Assembly (NCBI GenBank): GCA_963662435.1
Contig: OY759598.1
Span: forward strand, 3,380,507 to 3,444,506
Source of the DNA: Dehalococcoidia bacterium
GTDB taxonomy: Bacteria; Chloroflexota; Dehalococcoidia; Lucifugimonadales; VXLM01
Direction: 5' to 3'
Length of the DNA stretch: 64,000 bases
The first letter of the stretch is position 1, and each line of letters opens with the position of its first letter. The notes under the pieces are model-generated. The model searched no databases. It had not been told where the DNA came from and saw only the letters and a list, made by a program, of their open reading frames with translations. Shown one piece after another: positions 38,933 to 47,322 of this stretch. Made by a program: the position numbers and the translations under genes.

Positions 38933-39529
38933 ATGGAGTCGAGGAAAGCCAACATTGAGCGCCGAACGGGCGAGACCCAGATATCCGTTTCAATCGACCT
39001 GGACGGCGTGGGCGACTACAGCATCAAGACCGGCAACGGCATGTTTGATCACCTCCTGGCCCAGCTTTCGAGGCACGGTCTGATCGACCTCGAAATCGAG
39101 GCGCAGGGCGATATCGAGGTTGGATGGCACCACCTCGTCGAGGACACTGCCATCTGCCTCGGACGCGCCCTTCAAGAGGCCGTCGGCGACGCGCGCGGCA
39201 TAACACGCACGGCGCACTCCTTCGTTCCGCTCGACGAGACCCTGGCATTCGTCGCGGTCGACCTCAGCGGTCGCGGCTACGCGGTCATCGACGCCTCCAT
39301 GGGCGAGTCCGACCTGGGCGGCTTGTCCGGCAGCCTGATACACCACTTCCTCGAGAGCTTCGCGCTCGAGGGCAAGTTCAACCTGAACGTCAGGCTGCTG
39401 TCCGGCGCAAACAACCACCACAAGGCCGAGGCGATCTTCAAGGCCCTCGCCCGCGCCATGCGCATAGCGGCAGAGCGCGACGAGCGCAGGATGAGTAACG
39501 TCCCCAGCACAAAGGACGTTATCGGATAG
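38933..39529 (+). CDS. hisB: Imidazoleglycerol-phosphate dehydratase
   Basis: RRTGET, FDHLL, HHLVED, NNHHKAEAIFKA and PSTK motifs. Confidence 0.96.
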   Translation: MESRKANIERRTGETQISVSIDLDGVGDYSIKTGNGMFDHLLAQLSRHGLIDLEIEAQGDIEVGWHHLVEDTAICLGRALQEAVGDARGITRTAHSFVPLDETLAFVAVDLSGRGYAVIDASMGESDLGGLSGSLIHHFLESFALEGKFNLNVRLLSGANNHHKAEAIFKALARAMRIAAERDERRMSNVPSTKDVIG

Positions 39530-39580
39530 CCGTCCGTTCCCATCGGACTCTTGACGCAGGCCGACGGAGGATTCTCATTG

Positions 39581-39952
39581 ATGGAATGGGTATACGTAGC
39601 CTGCGGCGGCGCGCTGGGAGCGATTTCGCGTCACGCCGTCAACCTCGCCGTGATGAACCTCATGGGCTCGACCCTCGTCGGCACCTTCGTCGCCAACGTC
39701 ACCGGCTCGCTCATACTTGGGCTGCTCATAGGCTTCTGGGAGCCGAGAGGTGACTTCCCCACCGAGCACAGGCTGTTCCTGGCAGTGGGATTCCTCGGCT
39801 CGTACACGACGTTCTCCACGCTCGCCGTTGCGACGACACAGAGCTTCGAGTCGGGCGACATCGGCCGCGCGGCCCTCAACCTCGGCGGGAGCATCGCCGT
39901 CGGGCTCGCCGCTGCCTTCGCGGGCCTGGCCATTGGACGCGCGATAGCCTAG
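39581..39952 (+). CDS. crcB: Fluoride channel Fluc/CrcB
   Basis: GGALGAISR, GTFVANVTG and GFLGSYTTFST motifs. Confidence 0.92.
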   Translation: MEWVYVACGGALGAISRHAVNLAVMNLMGSTLVGTFVANVTGSLILGLLIGFWEPRGDFPTEHRLFLAVGFLGSYTTFSTLAVATTQSFESGDIGRAALNLGGSIAVGLAAAFAGLAIGRAIA

Positions 39953-39959
39953 AAGACAC

Positions 39960-40412
39960 CCGTTCACCCTGATCCTGTCGAAGGGTGAAGCCGCCGGTCA
40001 TGGTTCGACAGGCTCACCACGAACGGAGTCTATTGAGTGCTTATCTGTTTACCCCCGATTCACGTACGGGGACAGGCCTTGTGTCTGTCGAAGGGAAAGA
40101 CCAGACGGCGCCTAAGACCCGTTGACGCTTACAGAGGCAGCTAGCCTCGCCCACTCCTCACTCACGCGCATGGTGCCCTTTGCATAGCACCGACCACTGT
40201 CATTCCGAACGAAGCGGAGCGAAGTGAGGAATCTCAAGACTTTGCTCCAGTGACGTGCCGCGACTGCATGACACCTTAGATTCCTCGCTGCGCTCGGAAT
40301 GACAGTTCGATTGGCGTAACTCGTCATTCGGGGGAGAGTTTGAGGCGTGGCACCTTTCAGAATCGGGCCGATTACCCTCACACCAACTCTCTCCCGCGAA
40401 CGGGAGAGGGGG
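39960..40412. repeat. Mosaic repeat cluster: family A doublet (39960-40026), family A unit with nested element (40047-40095), family E doublet (40198-40304), family D unit (40374-40412)
   Basis: Each part matches other copies in the window, e.g. TGTCATTCCGAACGAAGCGGAGCGAAGTGAGGAATCT...AGATTCCTCGCTGCGCTCGGAATGACA. Confidence 0.8.
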
Positions 40413-40460
40413 TTACGCAAAAGTCTCCCTTTCGCGGGATTGACGGGTCTTGCCGCTCCT

Positions 40461-40997
40461 CTACCCCTTGCCAAGCAGGATGCTCAGCACCTCTGGCGCA
40501 ACCTTCACCGCCTGGCTGCGCAGCTCATCCGGCGTCAGGCTGCCCAGCGGATGCGGCAGGATGATGTACGGGTAATCCGGGATGCCCTGGATCTTCGCCA
40601 TGGCGCGGGCGCTCGGTATGAACGGCTCCGTGCAGATGACCGCCGTCGGCAGACCGGCCTTCTCGAGGGTGATTCCGTCGTGCACACTGCACGATGAGCA
40701 GGACCCTCAGTCACCGTTCCCGGTGATCACCACGTCACAGCTTGAAGCCAGGTCGTCCACGATGTCCGTGGGACAGGGACGAGAGGCGTTGCCCTTGTTG
40801 CGGGCAACGACGGCCTTGAAATCGAACTGGTCGGCAAGGACGTCATGCACCATTTCCAAGAGTTCGTCGGCGTTCTGCTTGCCGTTCGCAAGTAGGCCGA
40901 CTACAGCACCGTTCAGCGTATCGGGACGCCTGGCGACCACTCCATGCGCGGGTATCGGGTCAACCGTCGGGTCGAACACTTCCAAAATCGTCGTCAT
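40461..40997 (-). CDS. UGSC-family selenoprotein (178 aa, in-frame UGA read as Sec)
   Basis: ORFs 40707-40997 and 40461-40685 are in the same frame. Read-through gives VITGNGD-U-GSCSSCSVHDGITLEKAGLPT. A SECIS-like hairpin follows the UGA. Confidence 0.88.
40665..40708 (-). promoter_or_regulatory. Putative bacterial SECIS element
   Basis: mRNA: UGA GGGUCCUGCUCA UCGUGCA-GUG-UGCACGA C GGAAUC ACCCUC. A 7-bp apical stem starts 12 nt after UGA and has a G/U loop; there is a lower GAGGGU/ACCCUC stem. Confidence 0.65.
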
Positions 40998-41033
40998 AGA
41001 ATGTCACCTCCCTTGGCCGTGTCGGCCATTATA

Positions 41034-42059
41034 CTACGACTGGATAACCTTCGAGACGGAGCGTGAATTCGATCCTCCGCCCCACAGCGGGATGACCGCC
41101 GAAAACGATCCCGCCTTGCCTCCGGCCACGATCACCGTGATTCCTTCCCAGCTATCCGTCACGCCGAGAAGCTCGTCGGCCTCCGCGTTGCCTGTGGGAT
41201 AGCCATGCTCCTCCCACTCCCCTGCCGTCCGTCGACTCTGTTGCCACAGGAACTTCGCGACCTGCTCCTTCCACCATCCTCCGGCCTTAATGTGCCCAAT
41301 GGTCTCGGGCGTGAGGACGACGACGATCTCGGCGTTGCCCGGGCCGGCCACTACCAGGCCGTCCGACACGCCCATGAGCGCTGCCTCCGGCGACCCGCCT
41401 CCGAAATTGGACACCTGGATGGGCGACAGGCCGGGGAACACCGTCACGGTGCTCTGGCTGGAGGCGTAGCCCCGGTCGACGTGGAGCGCCTGCCACGGGC
41501 TTGTCTCCTGGTCCTCGGCGATGCACCACGTGTACTTCCCCGCGTGTCCCAAGCTCGATTGATCGAGGTCGCCGGGAACCGCACCGGTCACGTTCATGAT
41601 CGTGAGCCGTACCGCCCGTCCGATAGTGGCGTTGGCGCGATTTCCCGGTCCGAATACCGACACGCCGGAGTTCAGCCCGATCTCGTTGATGATCGGGCCG
41701 TTGACCACCAATAGCGGAGCCGCTCCCATCGTGCTCACCGTCACCGCGTGCAGGTTGTGCTCCGGTTCCAGCATCGCCTCGATGGTGGCGAGCACTACCG
41801 AGAAATACTCCGGTCGGCATCCCGCCATGACCGCGTTGATGGCGACCTTCTCCACCGTCACGACCCTGCCGCGCACCGGCTCCGTGCCCAATATCTCGCT
41901 GGGGGACCGTCCCACGGCGTCGAGGAATGCGCCAATCTTCTCTGCCGTAGGCGGGACGACGGACAGGCCGTCCGTCCAGCCCTGCTCGAAATAGTACTCG
42001 ATGGGGTCGTCGGTCTCTTCAAGTTGGACCTTCTTGGAAGCCAGGTCATATGCTGCCAT
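41034..42059 (-). CDS. Conserved protein typically associated with UGSC-family proteins (GWTDGLxxxPPT motif)
   Basis: GWTDGLSVVPPT, EKVAINAVMAGCRPEY and NRANATIGRA motifs; directly upstream of the selenoprotein gene. Confidence 0.7.
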   Translation of the reverse strand: MAAYDLASKKVQLEETDDPIEYYFEQGWTDGLSVVPPTAEKIGAFLDAVGRSPSEILGTEPVRGRVVTVEKVAINAVMAGCRPEYFSVVLATIEAMLEPEHNLHAVTVSTMGAAPLLVVNGPIINEIGLNSGVSVFGPGNRANATIGRAVRLTIMNVTGAVPGDLDQSSLGHAGKYTWCIAEDQETSPWQALHVDRGYASSQSTVTVFPGLSPIQVSNFGGGSPEAALMGVSDGLVVAGPGNAEIVVVLTPETIGHIKAGGWWKEQVAKFLWQQSRRTAGEWEEHGYPTGNAEADELLGVTDSWEGITVIVAGGKAGSFSAVIPLWGGGSNSRSVSKVIQS

Positions 42060-42070
42060 GGTGATCTTCT

Positions 42071-44014
42071 CTATGAGTTGAGATTGTGTATGGGGACGGG
42101 TCCGACCTGCTCCGCCGGTTCAAATCCGAACACTTGCGAATAGAAGTACAGCTCCGAATGCAGTGCCGCCTCGATGCTCTCGGCCTTGCGGAACCCATGC
42201 TGCTCCCCCTCGAAGGGGACGTAGGCTACAGGGATGCCCTTGCGTTTGACGGCCTCGACCATCGTTTCTGCTTGACTCGGAGGCACGATCTCGTCCTCGA
42301 GTCCCTGAAACAGTATCACCGGACACGTGATGTCGTCCACGTGGTGTATGGGCGACCGCTGAACGTATACGTCCTGCTCTTCCGGATACGGCCCGATCAG
42401 CGAATCGAGATACCGCGACTCGAACTTGTGCGTGTCCCTTGCCAGCGTCTCCAGGTCGCCGATGCCATAGTAGCTCGCCCCGGCCTTAAACACGTCGCGG
42501 AACGCGAGACACGCCAGGGTCGTGTACCCTCCGGCGCTGCTTCCCCGCACGATGAGTCGATCTCCGTCAGCCCGCCCGGATGACGCCGCATACAGCGCCC
42601 CGTTCACACAGTCGTCGATGTCGACGATGCCCCAGCGCCCGTTCAGCCGCCGCCGGTACTCCGTGCCGTAGCCCGTGCTGCCACCGTAGTTCACGTCGAG
42701 CACGGCGAACCCCCGGCTCGTCCAGAACTGCGTCTCAAGGTCGAGGGTGGCAGAAGTCGCCCCCGTCGGCCCGCCGTGGCTGATCACGATCATGGGTGGC
42801 CGCTCGCCTGCCGGGGCCTCGAAGTCCGGGTTGGCGGGCGGGTAGTAGAAGGCATGTGCCGTCTGACCGCCCTCCGTCGGAAACTCGATCTCCTCCGGTA
42901 CGGAAAAATAGCTCGCCGGTACGTCCAGCGATGACGACTGCACGACGACCGCGTGCGCTCCCGTCTCCAGGTCGAGCTTGACGACCGACTTCGGCTGCGT
43001 GGGAGACCCGGAGATGAAAGCCGCCCACTCGTTGCCTACCTCCAACGCCCCCCGCGCCAGGTCCGTGAACGGGAGGTCGAACGGCTCCAACTGCACCGAA
43101 CGCGGGTCGAGCCGTCCCACGCGCCACAATCCGTTTTGCGTATATGAGCAGATGAGTTTGCCGGATGTCGAGAACCCGTAATGTGACGCCCCGAATTGCC
43201 ATTGCGGCCCTGTGAACTCCGCGTCCATCGGGCACACGTTTGTTGCCGAGTCCCCGCCTTCCCATCGGTACAGGTTCCACCAACCCGTCCGGTCGGATAC
43301 GAAGTACAACGTGCCGTCCGGCGACCACTGCGGCTCACCGATGGACTCCCCATCCTCCCCCGCAACCAGTCGCACGTTCTCGGCCTTGCCCTTTTCGTTC
43401 ACGTCGGCAACCCACAGCTCCGTCTCGTCCCATGGCATATTTGGGTGGTCCCACGCGAGCCAGCAGACCCTATCGCCGTTCGGACTTACGCGGGGAGACG
43501 AGTAGAAGTCGTTGCTCTGCGCTATGGTCTCGATCCCACCACCCTCGATGCCGAGGGAGACGATGGTATTGGTCGGCTCGGCGTCGGGCTGCGAGTGGTC
43601 CTCGCACACGCACAGGATGCGGTTGTTCCAATGGTCAATCTCGAGGTCGGCGTAGCGTCGGGCGTCATCGGGTGTCAAGGGTGTCGGGGCTTCACCGGGC
43701 ATCTGCGAGTACACCCGCTGGTCCGCGTCGTTCGTGAAGTACACGATGCCGTCATGCACGGTGAACGCGCCGCCGCCGTACTCGTGAACGCGGTTTCGGA
43801 CGTTGTAGTCCTCCGGCGTCACGTCGCTCGTCGTACCGTCCGCCAACTGCCGCACGATGACGCTCCGTCCGCCTTCCCATGGACGGGTCTCCGCCCAGTA
43901 CAGGTCGTCACCGTCTGTGGCGACCTGCGACAGGCCGAACGACTCCGAGGCGATGGCGGTCGCCGAAAGCGGAGACTTCCACGAGCCGTACGGCGCTATG
44001 CGTTTCTGGGTCAT
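42071..44014 (-). CDS. S9 family (prolyl oligopeptidase/acylaminoacyl) peptidase
   Basis: HGGPT, NYGGSTGYG, GSSAGG nucleophile, D and EQHGF. Confidence 0.93.
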   Translation of the reverse strand: MTQKRIAPYGSWKSPLSATAIASESFGLSQVATDGDDLYWAETRPWEGGRSVIVRQLADGTTSDVTPEDYNVRNRVHEYGGGAFTVHDGIVYFTNDADQRVYSQMPGEAPTPLTPDDARRYADLEIDHWNNRILCVCEDHSQPDAEPTNTIVSLGIEGGGIETIAQSNDFYSSPRVSPNGDRVCWLAWDHPNMPWDETELWVADVNEKGKAENVRLVAGEDGESIGEPQWSPDGTLYFVSDRTGWWNLYRWEGGDSATNVCPMDAEFTGPQWQFGASHYGFSTSGKLICSYTQNGLWRVGRLDPRSVQLEPFDLPFTDLARGALEVGNEWAAFISGSPTQPKSVVKLDLETGAHAVVVQSSSLDVPASYFSVPEEIEFPTEGGQTAHAFYYPPANPDFEAPAGERPPMIVISHGGPTGATSATLDLETQFWTSRGFAVLDVNYGGSTGYGTEYRRRLNGRWGIVDIDDCVNGALYAASSGRADGDRLIVRGSSAGGYTTLACLAFRDVFKAGASYYGIGDLETLARDTHKFESRYLDSLIGPYPEEQDVYVQRSPIHHVDDITCPVILFQGLEDEIVPPSQAETMVEAVKRKGIPVAYVPFEGEQHGFRKAESIEAALHSELYFYSQVFGFEPAEQVGPVPIHNLNS

Positions 44015-44054
44015 TCTGTCCTCTCCGGTCTCGTCGCGCAGTGCTCAGGCGAGG

Positions 44055-45098
44055 TTACGCGACCTCCCACTGGGTCCCTTCCGGTGTGTCCGTCACGGAA
44101 TAACCCATCTCGGCAAGCTGTTCTCGCAACGCGTCGGCCCTCTCCCATTGCTTCGTCCGACGGGCCTCCTCGCGCTCCTCGATGAGCGAAGCGACCTCGT
44201 CAGGCAGCTCTGTTGGAGGCTTTACTCGCGCTTGGTGCGCCGCCATCGTCGCGTCCCACACCTCCGGGCGGATGCCCTCCGAGGTGTCAGGTATACGGAC
44301 ATCTCCAAGCTCGCTCATCGGGAAGTGCGAGCCGGTCCTGTACACACGCTCTGAGCCGTCACGTACCAACGTGACAGTTCCCTTGCCCAAGACCCTGCAC
44401 TCTAGCTCGGAAAAGTCGAGCGTGAGCGCGGTGTGCTCGTCGACGCCCACCACGACGGTGCCGTCCGAGAGAGCGGGGAGAAGCGTCTCAAGCCTGGCCC
44501 TGCCGATGTAGCACCGGCTCGTGTCGAGGTTCGCCCCGCCCTCCGCGTTGTTCCAGTGGGTGACGCAGGCGATCCTGAGACCGAAATGGCCGAGCAGATC
44601 GAGTCCGGGTATCCAATGCGGATCGTCACCGACCTTGTAGATCTCGTAGATGGGGACAGCCGTCTCGCCTATGGCGATTGCCGCGCTGCTGGCGAACGTC
44701 AGGCACGCGCCAAGCCGGTGACGTGCCTGTATCATCTCCCACGCGAAGGTCCCCGTCAGATGACGCACGGCGTAGCTGGGACTCCCCGGGCCCATGAAAA
44801 TGCAGTCTGCGTCGAGAAGGGGCCGCAGGATTTCCGGGTTGTTCGTGCCGAACTCCGTGTCGCGACGCCGTGCCGGAACAACGGTCACGTCGGGCTTGTA
44901 GTTCTGCAACCGGTGCCGGATGAAGTCGGAGACACGACTTGCCACGTGCGGCGAGTTCAACTCGAACCCCGCCGGTGTTTCCATGACCGCGACATTCACC
45001 GGCTTGGGCAGCCTGTCAAACGCCGGTTCGTACAGTGCGCGACCGCTCGGCGCGGTCTCACCCGATCCAATGAGCGTTATCAGTCCAGGCGTCGGCAT
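44055..45098 (-). CDS. Cyanophycinase/peptidase S51-like domain fused to a CysRS C-terminal-like domain
   Basis: LIGSGE, GPGSPSYA, THWN and GVDEHTAL motifs; C-terminal REEARRTKQWERADALREQL.EMG..V.DTPEGTQW. Confidence 0.7.
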   Translation of the reverse strand: MPTPGLITLIGSGETAPSGRALYEPAFDRLPKPVNVAVMETPAGFELNSPHVASRVSDFIRHRLQNYKPDVTVVPARRRDTEFGTNNPEILRPLLDADCIFMGPGSPSYAVRHLTGTFAWEMIQARHRLGACLTFASSAAIAIGETAVPIYEIYKVGDDPHWIPGLDLLGHFGLRIACVTHWNNAEGGANLDTSRCYIGRARLETLLPALSDGTVVVGVDEHTALTLDFSELECRVLGKGTVTLVRDGSERVYRTGSHFPMSELGDVRIPDTSEGIRPEVWDATMAAHQARVKPPTELPDEVASLIEEREEARRTKQWERADALREQLAEMGYSVTDTPEGTQWEVA

Positions 45099-45191
45099 GG
45101 CGAATCCTCGGTCGGTTGCACATCCTACCATACGGCGAAGCTACCCGATTGAGAACTGAAAGACGCGCAAACGGGTGAGAATCCAGTCTAC

Positions 45192-45308
45192 CGTCATTCC
45201 CGCGCAAGCGGGAATCCACACCTCATCATCCTAAGCTCCCGCTCTTGGAGCCCTAAACAAGACTCTGCCACTGTCATTCCGAACGCAGCGGAGCGAAGTG
45301 AGGAATCT
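45192..45308. repeat. Family B and family E palindromes
   Basis: CGTCATTCCCGCGCAAGCGGGAATCCA (45192) and TGTCATTCCGAACGCAGCGGAGCGAAGTGAGGAATCT (45272). Confidence 0.8.
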
Positions 45309-45320
45309 AAAATCGTTAAT

Positions 45321-45450
45321 TCGAGGAACCGCGTTTCGAGCTGCGGCTTGGCGAGAAAGATACCCCGCGCGCGGTCGTGATCTACGTGAAGTGGTGCTCA
45401 CACGTGGATGTGAAGGGTACGTTATGTATGGCTAAAATGGTGTCCGCTAC
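45321..45450 (-). pseudogene. folE: Decayed, internally deleted second folE copy
   Basis: Minus strand reads VADTILAIHNVPFTSTCEHHFT* joined to ITTAR(frameshift)RGIFLAKPQLETRFLE. These match DDMIIVDNIHFTSTCEHH and ITTARRGVFLTKPELETRFLE in the intact folE. Confidence 0.8.
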
Positions 45451-45492
45451 GACGTGTTTCCATCCGTCTGGCTGCTCGCTCCAAGACATTAT

Positions 45493-45798
45493 TCAATCCT
45501 CGGTTGCTCCAGCCGCAGAGGTCACCCGTAGCTGGAGACCAAGAGAATGCACCACCTTGAGCACAGTGGCGAACTCTGGATTTCCGTTGGAAGACAGCGA
45601 CTTGTAGAGACTCTCCCTGCCCAAGCCTGTTTCTTGCGCGACAGTCGTCATTCTTCGGGCCCGGGCGATGTCTCCCAGCGCAGCCATGATCAGACCAAGG
45701 TCACCATCTTCTAGGGCTACGTTCAGGTAGGCGGCCATATCCTCCTCGGTCTCCAGATGCTCCGCCGGGTCCCATGGCCTTGTCTGTGTCGTTGCCAT
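45493..45798 (-). CDS. Addiction module antidote protein (HI1420-like HTH antitoxin)
   Basis: WDPAEHL, ALGDIARA and GRESLYKSLS..GNPEFAT motifs. Confidence 0.9.
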   Translation of the reverse strand: MATTQTRPWDPAEHLETEEDMAAYLNVALEDGDLGLIMAALGDIARARRMTTVAQETGLGRESLYKSLSSNGNPEFATVLKVVHSLGLQLRVTSAAGATED

Positions 45799-45810
45799 TG
45801 CTGCTTCCTC

Positions 45811-46101
45811 CTAGAGTCCCCGGGCCAGTTCCAGCGCGTTTCGAATGTCCTGCGACTGGCTGTCCTTGTCGCCTCCCGCCAGAAGGACAACCAGAGTCCG
45901 GCCTCGCTGCAGAAAATAGACCCGGTAGCCGGGCCCATAGTCGATGCGAATCTCCGAAACTCCTTCACCCACCGGCCTCACGTCCCCTGGATTACCAAGG
46001 GACAGCCGGCGGATACGGCTGTCGATGCGCACTCGCGCCTGTCTGTCCCGAAGCCGTCTGAACCAACGGGCGTAGAATTCGGTCTGGCGAATCTCAACCA
46101 C
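45811..46101 (-). CDS. RelE/ParE-superfamily toxin (HI1419-like addiction module killer)
   Basis: GNPGD..PVGEGVSEIRIDYGPGYRVY and LLAGGDK..Q..DI motifs. Confidence 0.9.
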   Translation of the reverse strand: MVEIRQTEFYARWFRRLRDRQARVRIDSRIRRLSLGNPGDVRPVGEGVSEIRIDYGPGYRVYFLQRGRTLVVLLAGGDKDSQSQDIRNALELARGL

Positions 46102-46221
46102 TACAGATGGTATTCCAGAGGATACAGAAAGGCAAGAGAGGAAATCCTATACTACGTCTGTCCCCGCGCTCAGTCCTCTTTGACATTCCCGCTCAAACTC
46201 TGCCTAGCAATCCCTCGCCCC

Positions 46222-46905
46222 TCACAAAATATCCGGCTTGCCGTCCTGCATCCGGAGGTATTCGAGGAACCGCGTTTCGAGCTCCGGCTTGGTTAGGAAG
46301 ACTCCCCGCCGCGCGGTCGTGATGGTGGTGCTCTCACGCTGCTCGACACCACGCTGGATCATGCAGAAGTGAGCAGCCTGCACCACGGCGATGACTCCGA
46401 GTGGTTCGAGGTGATCGTCGATTGCCCGGGCGATCTGCTGCGTCATCCGTTCCTGGATCTGCAGCCGCCTCGCGAACAGCGTGACGACCCTCGATATCTT
46501 GGAAAGGCCGGTGACGATGCGGCTCTCAGGGTTCGGAATGTACGCCACGTGCGCGGTGCCGCGGAAAGGCGCCATGTGGTGCTCGCACGTCGACGTAAAG
46601 TGGATATTGTCGACGATAATCATGTCGTCCGACCCGACGGGGTAGTCGTCATCATCCATCTCGAAGATCACCCGCAGGTGGTCTTCCGGGCTCGCCGACG
46701 TCCCCTGTGTGTAAGTCAGCAGGGCCTCCGCCCAACGCTCGGGCGTGCGGAGCAGTCCCGAACGCTCCGGGTCTTCCCCCAGCAGAACAAGTACGTCCCT
46801 GAGGAGCGGCACGAGTCGCCTGACTCGTTCCTGCGTGGGTAGTCCGTTCATCCCCTTCGCGGTCTCTGTCTGTATGTCGTCAGTAGGAGTATTCGTCATT
46901 GTCAC
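46222..46905 (-). CDS. folE: GTP cyclohydrolase I
   Basis: LLRTPER, STCEHH..PF, GLSKISR, RRLQIQER and HFCM.QRG motifs. Confidence 0.93.
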   Translation of the reverse strand: MTMTNTPTDDIQTETAKGMNGLPTQERVRRLVPLLRDVLVLLGEDPERSGLLRTPERWAEALLTYTQGTSASPEDHLRVIFEMDDDDYPVGSDDMIIVDNIHFTSTCEHHMAPFRGTAHVAYIPNPESRIVTGLSKISRVVTLFARRLQIQERMTQQIARAIDDHLEPLGVIAVVQAAHFCMIQRGVEQRESTTITTARRGVFLTKPELETRFLEYLRMQDGKPDIL

Positions 46906-47321
46906 TCTCTATAGGCGGCGTAGCTCGAAGGCGTTTCCCAAAGGCGCACCTCCTTGACGTCGATCCCCATGTCACGCGCCTGTCCATATATCAGCCTGGA
47001 GATATTCTCAGCAGTCGGGTTCTCGTCGATGAGGTACATCGGTTCGCCCAACTTCTGCAGCGCAGGAACCGCCTCGTCCTCCCGGTTGAGGATCATCCGG
47101 TGGTCGAGGTTTACGTCGATCCAGCCTTTGACCAGGTCGCGGATGTCCGAGAAGTCCATCACGACGCCCAGTTCGTCCAATTCCTCGGCCTCGACGTCGA
47201 TCTCGACAAGGCCGTTGTGGCCGTGCAGGTGGCGGCATTTCCCCTTGTGGCCGATGAGGCGATGTCCGTAGCAGAAGCCGATTGTCTTGGTTACGCTATA
47301 CGTTGGCATTATTGCGGTCAC
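46902..47321 (-). CDS. queD: 6-pyruvoyl-tetrahydropterin synthase/QueD family protein
   Basis: GHRL..H.GKCRHLHGHN, DHR.ILN, NPTAEN and VRLWETP motifs. Confidence 0.88.
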   Translation of the reverse strand: MTAIMPTYSVTKTIGFCYGHRLIGHKGKCRHLHGHNGLVEIDVEAEELDELGVVMDFSDIRDLVKGWIDVNLDHRMILNREDEAVPALQKLGEPMYLIDENPTAENISRLIYGQARDMGIDVKEVRLWETPSSYAAYRE

Positions 47322-47322
47322 C

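Noticed and set aside
39530..39580. Fluoride riboswitch upstream of crcB
   Set aside because: The 50-nt spacer lacks the conserved GATGG...CTRATG pseudoknot pattern.
44055..45098. Cysteinyl-tRNA synthetase call
   Set aside because: Only the C-terminal ~50 aa resemble CysRS, and the HIGH/KMSKS core is absent.
45321..46323. attL/attR of a prophage or integrative island
   Set aside because: There is no integrase, and the duplicated sequence includes a second, internal folE segment, so a decayed paralog fits better than a simple att duplication.
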